Shown one piece after another: positions 1-8,606 of a stretch of DNA of 64,000 nt. Position 1 is the first letter of the stretch, and each line of letters starts with the position of its first letter. Both the position numbers and the translations under genes were made by a program. This stretch comes from Oscillospiraceae bacterium (lineage in GTDB: Bacteria; Bacillota; Clostridia; Oscillospirales; Oscillospiraceae): NCBI GenBank assembly GCA_015067925.1, contig SVLN01000003.1, positions 36,058-100,057 on the forward strand, written 5' to 3'. Under the pieces are notes generated by a model. It ran no database searches, was not told where the DNA came from, and was given only the letters and a program-made list of their open reading frames with translations.

Positions 1-34
1 TCAGTAATTTCAGTTCTGTCTGCTGATTTGCCAT
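1..34 (-). CDS. 5' end of an unidentified CDS running off the left edge (about 11 codons visible)
   Basis: ATG at 34 on the minus strand with GGAGGG 8 nt upstream. Frame MANQQTELKLL stays open to position 1. Too short to name. Confidence 0.4.
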   Translation of the reverse strand, partial: MANQQTELKLL

Positions 35-211
35 GATTTATCCCTCCACAAATTGGATGTGCCTATTATAACACAGTAGTGTAAGAAAAGAAAATAACGA
101 ATTGCACGAAACTTTCGTCAATTTTGCGTGAAATTCCTATACGACCGGCATATTTGACTCCGGACAAGGGAATACTCATCGCGACACCATTCTGAAACGG
201 AGGACTCGAAA

Positions 212-421
212 ATGGATACCACTGCTCTGATCCTTGCCATTGTTGGCTGTCTCAACTGGGGCCTGGTCGGCATTTTTAAATTTGACCTGGTTGCCTGGAT
301 CTTCGGCGGCCAGACTGCCGGTTTCAGCCGTGTGATCTACACATTGGTCGCCCTGGCCGGTCTGTGGTGCATCACGCTGCTGTTTCGCAGAAACGACCGC
401 ACGGAACACTCCGGCACCTGA
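212..421 (+). CDS. DUF378-family small membrane protein
   Basis: 69 aa with two hydrophobic helices. The LILAIVGCLNWGLVGIF-type N-terminus matches my recollection of DUF378. GGAGG lies 8 nt upstream of the ATG. Confidence 0.8.
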   Translation: MDTTALILAIVGCLNWGLVGIFKFDLVAWIFGGQTAGFSRVIYTLVALAGLWCITLLFRRNDRTEHSGT

Positions 422-423
422 GA

Positions 424-456
424 AAATGGGAATCGGCCACGCCGGTTCCCATTTTT
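424..456 (+). terminator. Rho-independent terminator after the DUF378 gene
   Basis: Hairpin AAAATGGGAATCGGC-cac-GCCGGTTCCCATTTT (one G.U pair) running into a T tract. Confidence 0.6.
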
Positions 457-480
457 ACTTTCAATCATAAAAATACAGGA

Positions 481-509
481 TTGTTTTCTCATAAAAGGCA
501 TGATATAAT
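481..509 (+). promoter_or_regulatory. Sigma-A type promoter for the aldo/keto reductase gene
   Basis: TTGTTT, 17 nt spacer, TATAAT, with TG (tgaTATAAT) giving an extended -10. Lies 40 nt upstream of the ATG at 550. Confidence 0.45.
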
Positions 510-549
510 AGTTGCAACTTTCAAAGAAATGAAGGGAGTTTCACTACTT

Positions 550-1668
550 ATGATTTATCGCGATTTTAAAGACGGCCTGAAGACCAGTCTTCTGGGCATG
601 GGCTGCATGCGTCTGGCCACCCTGCCCGGTCAGCAGAATGTTGTTGACTATGAACTGGCCGAAAAAATTATTGACAAGGCCTATGCTGCCGGCATCAACT
701 ACTATGACACCGCTTATGTTTACATCGGCGGCGAGTCCGAGCGCACCATCGGCAAGATCCTGAGCAAGTATCCCCGTGAGAGCTACTTCATCGCCGACAA
801 GATGCCCGGCATGATCAAAACCAAGGAAGATGTGGAGCGCATCTTCAACGAGCAGCTTGAGCGCTGCGGCGTTGATTACTTCGACTTCTATCTCTGTCAC
901 AATGTCTCCGAAGGCTCCATCGACACCTTCATCAACCTGGAAGTTCCCCAGTTTATGGAAAAAATGCGCGCCGAAGGTAAGATCCGCTACCTGGGCTTCT
1001 CCAGCCACGGTAAGCCTGAAACCCTGCGTCGTTTTGCCACCCTGCGCGATTGGGACTTTGCTCAGATTCAGCTGAACTACTTTGACTACGATCAGAAGAC
1101 CGCCAAGGCAGAGTATGAGGTTCTTAGAGAACTGGGTATCCCCATCGTTGTCATGGAGCCCGTCCGCGGCGGCCGTCTTGCCAGCCTGTCTGAGAGCGCC
1201 GATAAGCTGCTCAAGGACGCCGAACCCGACCGCAGCGTTCCCTCCTGGGCCTTCCGCTTCCTGCAGGGTCTGGACGGCATCCAGGTCATCCTCAGCGGCA
1301 TGAATGATATGGCCCAGATGGAAGATAACCTGGCCACCTTCTCCGAGATCGCTCCTCTGACCGAAGAGAATGAAGTCGTGCTGAAGCAGGCGGTCGATGC
1401 CCTGGTAAAGGAATTCACCGTTCCCTGCACCGCCTGCCGTTACTGCTCTGATTGCCCGGTTGAACTCGACATCCCCTCCATCATGAGCAGCTACAACAAC
1501 TACAAGCTGGCCCCCAGCCCCTGGAGCCTTGGCTTTATCAACGGCCTGCCCGAGGGAAAGAAGCCCATGGACTGCCTGTCCTGCGGCCTGTGCGCCGAGC
1601 GCTGCCCGCAGAACATCCAGATCCCCGAGATCATGAAGGAACTCTCCGACGCCTTCACCAAGAAGTAA
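550..1668 (+). CDS. Aldo/keto reductase with C-terminal 4Fe-4S ferredoxin-like domain
   Basis: AKR-like core (GINYYDTAYVY, LGFSSHG). C-terminal Cys motifs CTACRYCSDCP and CLSCGLCAERCP. Start moved from the ORF-track 364 to ATG 550, which has GGGAG 11 nt upstream. Confidence 0.85.
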   Translation: MIYRDFKDGLKTSLLGMGCMRLATLPGQQNVVDYELAEKIIDKAYAAGINYYDTAYVYIGGESERTIGKILSKYPRESYFIADKMPGMIKTKEDVERIFNEQLERCGVDYFDFYLCHNVSEGSIDTFINLEVPQFMEKMRAEGKIRYLGFSSHGKPETLRRFATLRDWDFAQIQLNYFDYDQKTAKAEYEVLRELGIPIVVMEPVRGGRLASLSESADKLLKDAEPDRSVPSWAFRFLQGLDGIQVILSGMNDMAQMEDNLATFSEIAPLTEENEVVLKQAVDALVKEFTVPCTACRYCSDCPVELDIPSIMSSYNNYKLAPSPWSLGFINGLPEGKKPMDCLSCGLCAERCPQNIQIPEIMKELSDAFTKK

Positions 1669-1680
1669 GATACATACGAA

Positions 1681-1705
1681 AAGAGCCGCCCAACGGGCGG
1701 CTCTT
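1681..1705. terminator. Bidirectional hairpin terminator between convergent genes
   Basis: AAGAGCCGCCC-aac-GGGCGGCTCTT, with A/T-rich flanks on both sides. Confidence 0.6.
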
Positions 1706-1706
1706 T

Positions 1707-2120
1707 CTATTTGAGAAGCAGTTCTTTCTTCAATTCAATATGCTCTAAAATGTGACCGATATTTCCCTCGCCGGCGTACTGTTTGGAATCGAAAAAGTTA
1801 TGGTTGAAGTCAGACCAGTATAGGTCATTTTCATCGCCGGCAACTTCCACCTTTTCTTGCAGCCTGCCGACGTAGACTTCCACCCAGCAGTCGTCCAGCG
1901 GATAGGAAAAATCCATCAGATGCCGGATGGTAATTTGCTCCCGGGTGATGCCCGTTTCTTCGTAAAGCTCCCGATAAGCGGCGTCAAAGCCGTCTTCGTT
2001 TTCCTCAATTTTTCCGCCCACCAGATTGGAAAGCCCCAGGTAGGGTTCTTTCCTCCTACGGCACATCAGCCAGCTTTGGCAATCCGGAGCAAACACAGCG
2101 ATCAGATTATACCCTTGCAT
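1707..2120 (-). CDS. NUDIX hydrolase
   Basis: Nudix box GGKIEENEDGFDAAYRELYEETGI (GX5EX7REUXEEXGU). GGAGG lies 5 nt upstream of the ATG. Confidence 0.9.
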   Translation of the reverse strand: MQGYNLIAVFAPDCQSWLMCRRRKEPYLGLSNLVGGKIEENEDGFDAAYRELYEETGITREQITIRHLMDFSYPLDDCWVEVYVGRLQEKVEVAGDENDLYWSDFNHNFFDSKQYAGEGNIGHILEHIELKKELLLK

Positions 2121-3153
2121 TGCCGCCTCCCTGCTGCGCTTTCGAGCCTCCGCTGCGGCGGCGACGGCGGCGGCGCTTGGGTCTTGGTTTCTCCTGCAGG
2201 TGACGGAAGGCTTCGCCGGTTTCCGACTCCGCAGTATAGACCATACGGGTCACCCGCAAAGTCTGTTCCTCCTCTTCGGGCGTGAGCTTTAGACGCAGCA
2301 CATGCTCGCCGTGCTCCGGACATTCACACATCGCGCTCAGGCGATGTCCCGGCTGGGTATACCATTTGCTCTTCATCTTCATCTGCTTCCCGCAGGTAGG
2401 GCAAAGGTTTTCATCATATTCCATTTTCTTCAAGGCCTCGCGCTTGTCCGCAATACCATGATACACTTTTCGCTCCAGGCAGCCGGGCAGCAATGCACCG
2501 TTCAGGCCGTCCTCATGCTCCCGCAGGGCATCGCGATAGCCATCCATACCGGCCTGCAGGTTCAGCTTGGCACAGACCAGCGCCGTATGGTATGCATCAC
2601 CCAACGCGTCATGGGCAGGTCGGGTGGCCTCAATTTCGAAGATCTCCATGGCCGTCTTCAGCGCCTTCTGGTTGCTGGAGCCGTCGGTCTGGGCGTTGAA
2701 CATCATCTGGGCGTTGTACCAACGCTCTGTCCATTCCTGGGTAAGGCCGTGAAGGGCCAGATTCTCTCTGAGAATCATAATATCGTCAAATCCCCAGGTC
2801 AGGAATACCGCTTCTTCACCGCACCAGGCTGCAAAACGCTCCACAGCCTCGGGAAAGCTCACACCCTCTTCTTTGAGTCTGGCTTCTTTGATGCCCGTCA
2901 GACTACTGACGCGACGGTTGAGCCTTCGATAATACTTTGGCATGACCAGCTGGGTAAATTCATCCAGGACTTTTTGTTCTGCGGAAAGGCGCACCGCACC
3001 GATCTGAATGATCTCACCGCGAATGGGACTCGGCAGAACTTTTTTTGCAGACGGAGACCCCGGCCAAGGCTGATTCCATTCCAGATCCAGGACAATATAC
3101 TGCACACTGACGCCTCTTTTCTCGTTCATTTCATCTAACAATGAATATATCAT
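2107..3153 (-). CDS. DEDD-type 3'-5' exonuclease (KapD/ERI-1-like) with zinc-ribbon-like region and poly-Arg tail
   Basis: Motifs YIVLDLEWN and HDALGDAYH. CPTCGK...CECPEHG Cys/His motifs. C-terminal KRRRRRRRS. Start is uncertain: ATG 3153 sits just after AGGAGG, and the ORF-track GTG is at 3183. The 3' end overlaps the Nudix gene by 14 nt. Confidence 0.75.
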   Translation of the reverse strand: MIYSLLDEMNEKRGVSVQYIVLDLEWNQPWPGSPSAKKVLPSPIRGEIIQIGAVRLSAEQKVLDEFTQLVMPKYYRRLNRRVSSLTGIKEARLKEEGVSFPEAVERFAAWCGEEAVFLTWGFDDIMILRENLALHGLTQEWTERWYNAQMMFNAQTDGSSNQKALKTAMEIFEIEATRPAHDALGDAYHTALVCAKLNLQAGMDGYRDALREHEDGLNGALLPGCLERKVYHGIADKREALKKMEYDENLCPTCGKQMKMKSKWYTQPGHRLSAMCECPEHGEHVLRLKLTPEEEEQTLRVTRMVYTAESETGEAFRHLQEKPRPKRRRRRRRSGGSKAQQGGGNARV

Positions 3154-3216
3154 ATCCCTCCTGAAATGGCAATTGCTTTCCACCGCGCATAGAATGACAA
3201 AAACAGGAGGGTTATT

Positions 3217-3954
3217 ATGCCTGAATTATTTTTAAGTCCATCCACTCAATCCTGGAACCCATATATCAATGTGGGCAATGAACAGTTCTGGATGAACCGC
3301 ATTGCAGACGCCATGGAGCCATATCTGCATGCAGCCGGCATCAACGTCACCCGGAACAATCCCCAGGGAACAGTGCAGACTTCCATCCGGCAGTCCAACA
3401 TGGGAAACTACGACTTCCACCTGGCGCTCCACTCCAATGCCGCTCCCGGCGAAAATGCAGGACAGGTTCGTTACAGCATTGTATTCTATTATCCCACCAG
3501 TGCCCAGGGCCTGCGCATGGCAAACATCCTTGTGGATAACTTCAAGGAGATCTACCCGCTCCCGGATGAAGTGCGGGCCGAGGCGTCCACAACCATTTCC
3601 GAGCTGCGGCGCACCCGGGCACCGGTGGCTTTCTTTGAGATTGCCTTCCACGACAACCAAGAAGATGCCGCCTGGATCACCGGCAATGTGGAAGAGATCG
3701 CAGCAAACATTTCCGAATCCGTCACAGAATACTTCGGTCTTCCTTTCCTGCAGCCGCAGCCGGAGCGCACAGGCATTGTTACTCTGGATTCCGGAACCCT
3801 CAATCTGCGCGAAGGACCTGAAGTGACGTTCCCCATTGTCCGCACCATTCCAAACCGGGCAAGAATTAACGTACTGGGGCAATTCGGAGATTGGTATTCC
3901 GCCGAGTACCGGAACCGTTACGGCTGGGTCAAATCGGATTATATCCGGTTCTAG
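3217..3954 (+). CDS. N-acetylmuramoyl-L-alanine amidase (Amidase_3-like) with C-terminal SH3b-like domain
   Basis: Motifs HLALHSNAAPG and FFEIAFHDN. C-terminus GTLNLREGP...GDWYSAEYRNRYGWVKSDYI is SH3b-like. AGGAGGG lies 5 nt upstream. Confidence 0.8.
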   Translation: MPELFLSPSTQSWNPYINVGNEQFWMNRIADAMEPYLHAAGINVTRNNPQGTVQTSIRQSNMGNYDFHLALHSNAAPGENAGQVRYSIVFYYPTSAQGLRMANILVDNFKEIYPLPDEVRAEASTTISELRRTRAPVAFFEIAFHDNQEDAAWITGNVEEIAANISESVTEYFGLPFLQPQPERTGIVTLDSGTLNLREGPEVTFPIVRTIPNRARINVLGQFGDWYSAEYRNRYGWVKSDYIRF

Positions 3955-3981
3955 ACGATCTGCAATTTACTCCGTTTGGTC

Positions 3982-4010
3982 TTGCATTTTAAAGCGAATC
4001 CTGCTATGAT
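3982..4010 (+). promoter_or_regulatory. Sigma-A type promoter for the aconitase gene
   Basis: TTGCAT, 17 nt spacer, TATGAT, 34 nt upstream of the ATG at 4044. Confidence 0.4.
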
Positions 4011-4043
4011 GGGTACAAATTTTTATCCAGGAGGCTTCGTTTT

Positions 4044-6284
4044 ATGATCCAAGTGAAAAACGACGGCGTTTTCTATAAAAACGGGCAGTTTCTCGCCCGT
4101 GAGGCCGGCATTTCCGCAGGTCTGAACCCTGAAACGGGCAAAGCAGGCACCATGGCCTATTCCATTCTCAAAGCCCATAACACAACCGACAATATGGACT
4201 TTCTGAAACTGCGTTTTGATGCCATGGCTTCCCATGACATCACATACGTCGGCATCATTCAGACGGCTCGTGCCTCTGGCCTGACCGAGTTCCCCCTGCC
4301 CTATGTTCTGACCAACTGCCACAATTCCCTGTGCGCCGTAGGCGGCACCATCAATGAAGACGACCATGTCTTCGGCCTATCCGCTGCCAAGAAATACGGC
4401 GGCGAGTTTGTTCCCGCCCATCAGAGTGTTATCCACAGCTACATGCGTGAGATGTACGCCGGTGGCGGCAAGATGATCCTGGGATCCGACTCCCACACCC
4501 GCTACGGCGCCTTCGGCACCATGGCCATCGGTGAGGGCGGCCCGGAGCTGGTCAAACAGCTTCTGAAGAAGACCTACGACATCGCCTACCCCAGAGTCAT
4601 CGCCATTTACCTCACCGGTGCGCCCCGTCCGGGCGTCGGCCCCCAGGACGTGGCCCTGGCCCTGATTGGCGAGACCTTTAAGAAGGGAACTGTCAAGAAT
4701 TCCGTTATGGAGTTCTTTGGCCCCGGTGTTGCCAACCTGTCCATCGATTACCGCTCCGGCATCGACGTGATGACCACCGAAACCAGCTGTCTGAGTTCCA
4801 TTTGGTCCACGGACGAGACCGTGAAGAAGGCCCTGACCATCCACGGCCGCGGCGAAGAATTCAAGCAGCTCGATCCCCTGGACGGCGCTTACTACGACGA
4901 TCTGATCGAAGTGGATCTATCCAAGGTCGAATGTATGATCGCCCTGCCTTTCCATCCCAGCAACGCCTACTCCATCCACACCTTCAACGAGAATATGGAA
5001 GATATTCTCCACGAAGTAGATCTCTCCACCCCCGGCGCTCTGGGCCTGACTTCTCAGCCCGAGAGCCTGACCAAGAAGATCAGAAACGGCCGCTTCTATG
5101 CCGACCAGGGTGTCATTGCCGGCTGCTCCGGCGGTACGTTCCAAAACATGATGCTCACCGCATCCATTCTGAACGGCGCCCCCATCGGCACCGATCACTT
5201 CTGGCTATCGGTATATCCCACCAGCCAGCCCGTTATGATGGAACTGGCCAAGAATGGTGCCCTGGGTAAGCTCATGGCTTCCGGCTGCAGCGTGCGCAGC
5301 GCCTTCTGCGGCCCGTGCTTCGGTGCAGGCGATGTGCCCGCCAACGGTGCTTTCTCCATCCGCCACTCCACCCGCAACTTCCCCAACCGCGAAGGCAGCA
5401 AGCCTTCCGGCGGTCAGGCGGCCTACGTTGCACTGATGGACGCCCGCTCCATCGCAGCCTCCGCTCTGAACGGCGGTGCCATTGTGGCGGCCTCCGATGT
5501 GGAAGGCATCCCGGCAGATCCCGCCTGGATGGATTACACCTTTGACCGCAGCGCCTACGACGCCAGAGTATACTTCGGCGTGGGCAAGGCCAAGACAGAT
5601 GAAGAACTGGTCTTTGGTCCGAACATCGCAGACTGGCCCGAGCAGATCCCTCTGCCGGAGAACCTGCTGCTGGATGTGGCCAGCGCCATCTATGATCCCG
5701 TTACCACCACCGATGAACTCATCCCCTCCGGCGAAACCTCTTCTTACCGCTCCAATCCTCTGAAGCTGGCTGAGTTCGCCCTGAGCCGCAAGGATCCGGA
5801 CTACGTCCCCCGTGCAAAGCAGGTTCTGGCTCTGGAGCAAAAGCGCCGCACCAATCCTGCTGATGCCGAGGTTGTCTCGGCCATGATGGGCTACGACCCC
5901 GTTACCACTGGTCTGGGCAGCGCCGTGATGGCGATCCGTCCCGGCGACGGCTCGGCTCGAGAGCAGGCCGCTTCCTGCCAGAGAGTGCTGGGCGGCTGCG
6001 CCAACCTGTGTGAGGACTTCGCCACCAAGCGCTATCGCAGCAATGTGATCAATTGGGGCATGCTCCCCTTCACCGTGGATCACATCACCAGTTACAATAT
6101 CGCCCCCGGCGATCGCGTGTATATCCCCGGTGTGCGCACTGCGCTGGAATCCGGCGCCGATCACGTGGATGCCAAGCTGATTCAGGACGGCAAGGAAACC
6201 GCAATTCGCCTGAAGCTGGAAAACCTGGTCAAGGAAGATCGCGACATCATCCTCAAGGGCTGTCTGATCAACTACTACGCATAA
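4044..6284 (+). CDS. Aconitate hydratase (aconitase family, about 750 aa clostridial type)
   Basis: 746 aa. Aconitase-family motifs GSDSHTRYG, AGCSGGTFQN and CGPCFGAGD. AGGAGG ribosome-binding site. Confidence 0.85.
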   Translation: MIQVKNDGVFYKNGQFLAREAGISAGLNPETGKAGTMAYSILKAHNTTDNMDFLKLRFDAMASHDITYVGIIQTARASGLTEFPLPYVLTNCHNSLCAVGGTINEDDHVFGLSAAKKYGGEFVPAHQSVIHSYMREMYAGGGKMILGSDSHTRYGAFGTMAIGEGGPELVKQLLKKTYDIAYPRVIAIYLTGAPRPGVGPQDVALALIGETFKKGTVKNSVMEFFGPGVANLSIDYRSGIDVMTTETSCLSSIWSTDETVKKALTIHGRGEEFKQLDPLDGAYYDDLIEVDLSKVECMIALPFHPSNAYSIHTFNENMEDILHEVDLSTPGALGLTSQPESLTKKIRNGRFYADQGVIAGCSGGTFQNMMLTASILNGAPIGTDHFWLSVYPTSQPVMMELAKNGALGKLMASGCSVRSAFCGPCFGAGDVPANGAFSIRHSTRNFPNREGSKPSGGQAAYVALMDARSIAASALNGGAIVAASDVEGIPADPAWMDYTFDRSAYDARVYFGVGKAKTDEELVFGPNIADWPEQIPLPENLLLDVASAIYDPVTTTDELIPSGETSSYRSNPLKLAEFALSRKDPDYVPRAKQVLALEQKRRTNPADAEVVSAMMGYDPVTTGLGSAVMAIRPGDGSAREQAASCQRVLGGCANLCEDFATKRYRSNVINWGMLPFTVDHITSYNIAPGDRVYIPGVRTALESGADHVDAKLIQDGKETAIRLKLENLVKEDRDIILKGCLINYYA

Positions 6285-6295
6285 GAAAAACAAGA

Positions 6296-6323
6296 ACCGC
6301 CGCCTGGGTCCAGGCGGCGGTTT
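6296..6323. terminator. Bidirectional hairpin terminator
   Basis: AACCGCCGCCTGG/CCAGGCGGCGGTT followed by TTTAT. Lies between convergent genes. Confidence 0.6.
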
Positions 6324-6331
6324 TATATGTT

Positions 6332-7762
6332 TTAGTCGATATCAGGTTTGACTTCCGGCTTTTCGTCGAGCTGTTCCGGGCGCAGCATAATATGGCGCAG
6401 GCGCTTGAGGGCTGCGGCATAATAGAAGCCGTCGCAGATGCGCTCGTCGGTAACATAACAGAAGTCCATGTACTTCTTGGGAACGATAGTGCCGTCGAGC
6501 TTGATCTCATTTTCACGGTACTTGGCGCCGAAGGCGATAAAGACCGGCAGGTTGCCGAAATCATACAGGTGATGGAAGATCGGCGGAATGCCGAGCGAGC
6601 CCATGGAGGTGATAATCATACTGCCATGGAACGGAGAGAGCTTCAGAAGCCATGCAGGCAGAAGGCCGAAATAATCCAGCGTCTTGAGCAGCCACACGAC
6701 GAACTTCAGAAGAAGGCCCGGAATCAGATTGATGGCCGCGGCCAGATTGTCAAAGCCGGAATCCAGGTCCGAGGTATCCTTGACCGCGTCAATCTCCTTC
6801 TGGAATTTGCGGTAAACATCCTCCGCGGTGTCGCCGGCATCCAGATAGACAGAGATCATGGTATCAGGGGCATCGGTAGACATTTCCTTTTTGACGGCCA
6901 TGATGACCTCAACGGTGCGGTCGCGGGAATAGACCTTCTGTCCGGAAAGGAACCGGTTCAGGGCGGGATACTCCGCCACGGTACGCACATAAGAAGCAAT
7001 GATGGCGTGCATGGGACCGAAGTCCTTCAGACCCTGCTTGCGCTTCTCCTTGACGTACTGTTCAATGGGCGTAATGTCAATAGTGTCATTTATTAAGTTG
7101 GAAGAGCCGTTGCGGTTGACCATGATATAAGGAGCAACCTTTGCCATGGGCGGCAGAGAGCGCACCAATCGGCCATCGGGACGATCGCCCCAGCGCTTGA
7201 CGTAAGCGCCCTCTTCCACAGGCAGCTTATGCATGGCACAGCACACCAGCAGCACAGAGAGCATCATGAACAGCTCCGAAGTGCTGGGCAGGGCGTCGGA
7301 AGCACTGCCGGCGGCGTAGTTGCCGCGCACGGATGCGATCTGCAGAACCACCAGAACCAGGCACAGAGGCACCAGCCACCAGCGGATTCGCTTGCCGCTC
7401 TTACCGGAAACGGTGGAGAAATAAGCGGTAGCAGCGGCAATGTAAACAAGCCAGGTGAGCAAATAATACCAGCCGGAAGGAGAACTGGCACCCAAGGCAC
7501 AGAACAACAGAATCAGCACCGCCGGGATCGCGGAACGATACAGCCGTTCCGGGCCGCTGAACACCACGCTTCCCGCGAACCAGAGGTTTGCAATGAGCGG
7601 GAAGATGACCATATACAGCATCGAAGTACCGGAGATTTCTGCACGATGCATCGCGCAGAAGTACACGACACGGATCACCGCCGCACAAACCAGAAGACCG
7701 CAGGCCAACCAGGTCAGCACATTTTTACGGGATACGAAATAATTGTTTTTTTGTCTATTCAT
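6332..7762 (-). CDS. Polytopic membrane protein fused to a 2-oxoacid dehydrogenase E2/CAT-like acyltransferase domain (non-canonical DERICDG motif)
   Basis: The N-terminal ~190 aa is hydrophobic, with about 6 predicted TM helices. The C-terminal ~280 aa follows the E2 catalytic-domain pattern (ITSMGSLGI, ...VTDERICDGFYYAAAL). No lipoyl or E1/E3-binding domain. The ribosome-binding site is weak. Confidence 0.7.
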   Translation of the reverse strand: MNRQKNNYFVSRKNVLTWLACGLLVCAAVIRVVYFCAMHRAEISGTSMLYMVIFPLIANLWFAGSVVFSGPERLYRSAIPAVLILLFCALGASSPSGWYYLLTWLVYIAAATAYFSTVSGKSGKRIRWWLVPLCLVLVVLQIASVRGNYAAGSASDALPSTSELFMMLSVLLVCCAMHKLPVEEGAYVKRWGDRPDGRLVRSLPPMAKVAPYIMVNRNGSSNLINDTIDITPIEQYVKEKRKQGLKDFGPMHAIIASYVRTVAEYPALNRFLSGQKVYSRDRTVEVIMAVKKEMSTDAPDTMISVYLDAGDTAEDVYRKFQKEIDAVKDTSDLDSGFDNLAAAINLIPGLLLKFVVWLLKTLDYFGLLPAWLLKLSPFHGSMIITSMGSLGIPPIFHHLYDFGNLPVFIAFGAKYRENEIKLDGTIVPKKYMDFCYVTDERICDGFYYAAALKRLRHIMLRPEQLDEKPEVKPDID

Positions 7763-8467
7763 GTCTCAATTCTATCACATTTTCTTCCTCCGTGCAAGTT
7801 CATTTCACACTTTGTTCATGATTCGAACAGCATGGCGTTTCCCACAGATTGGTGCCAATTTTACAGTCGTCTGTTCTTTTTTATCAGAAAGAATCCCTTA
7901 CTTTATGGACAATTTAAAAATTTTGTGTCTTATCCTTAAATGTGAATTTTAGTCGAATCGCGTTGTAAGGCAAGCCCAATGAGCTCGTCTCTGACCGGTT
8001 CAAGGGCTATTCCGAAGTCGTCAACGTGATTTCCAAGCTGGGCGCCAGCTGCGCCCACCGCCCTGCTGACAGCTTATGCTGTCCGCGGTCTTGATATCAA
8101 CTCTTCTTATACGATTTAAGATCAACCAGCAGAAGGCCAAGCGCGTCACTTTCATTTATGTCGGGCAAGGAAACAAATAAGAGGTCAGATGCAGTGCATC
8201 TGGCCTCATTTATGGACTAAATGATTCTTCTTTACCCAACAAATGATATCCTCTTCCATTTTCTTGATTAATCTGTTACAATAAAATTGAAAGAGGGTGC
8301 AAACGATACAACAAGAATAACGATAGAAAGTGGAACGGCTCTTTCCCTTTTGAAAAAGTTGTAAAACACCTTCCTCAGGAAAAAACGCAATCCAGATTCC
8401 AATTCATGCGATTGGTATCGATATCTGATTCACCATCCATCATTTCAAACGCTCGATCGTTCCTTAA

Positions 8468-8484
8468 CACGCCGGAAGGGACTC
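8468..8484 (-). repeat. Direct partial copy of the 3' end of tRNA-Arg (att-like scar)
   Basis: The 17 nt cacgccggaagggactc is identical to 8610-8626 inside the tRNA, in the same orientation. Similarity continues imperfectly to about 8490. Confidence 0.7.
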
Positions 8485-8546
8485 TGAATCAAGGTGTTGT
8501 TTCGTCAAGCCGAAACAACCAACAGCCCGCCGGGCTGTTGGGATTT

Positions 8547-8560
8547 TAGTTCGAGTCCCT
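8547..8560 (+). repeat. Inverted partial copy of the tRNA-Arg T-arm/acceptor segment
   Basis: GTTCGAGTCCCTTC equals tRNA-sense positions 53-66 but lies on the opposite strand. Its last 10 nt (8551-8560) pair with 8475-8484, enclosing two internal hairpins. Confidence 0.65.
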
Positions 8561-8567
8561 TCTAAAC

Positions 8568-8605
8568 AAAAAAAGATTCATTATCCCAGACGGGATAATG
8601 AATCT
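8568..8605 (-). terminator. Rho-independent terminator of tRNA-Arg
   Basis: On the minus strand, AGATTCATTATCCC-gtct-GGGATAATGAATCT is followed by TTTTTTTG, immediately after the CCA end. Confidence 0.75.
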
Positions 8606-8606
8606 T

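Noticed and set aside
364-549. Upstream extension of the aldo/keto reductase ORF overlapping the DUF378 gene end.
   Set aside because: It runs through the DUF378 terminator and the AKR promoter. AKR similarity begins at MIYRDFKDG (ATG 550).
2140-2170. A GGC/GCG-rich tract encoding the RRRRRRR tail of the exonuclease, considered as a possible simple-sequence contingency repeat.
   Set aside because: The codons are mixed (not a perfect trinucleotide repeat) and the tract is short. It is more likely a basic nucleic-acid-binding tail.
8468-8560. A possible second tRNA or tRNA pseudogene downstream of tRNA-Arg.
   Set aside because: I could not fold a cloverleaf on either strand. Only T-arm and acceptor fragments are present, one direct and one inverted, so I treat them as att-like scars or a structured remnant.
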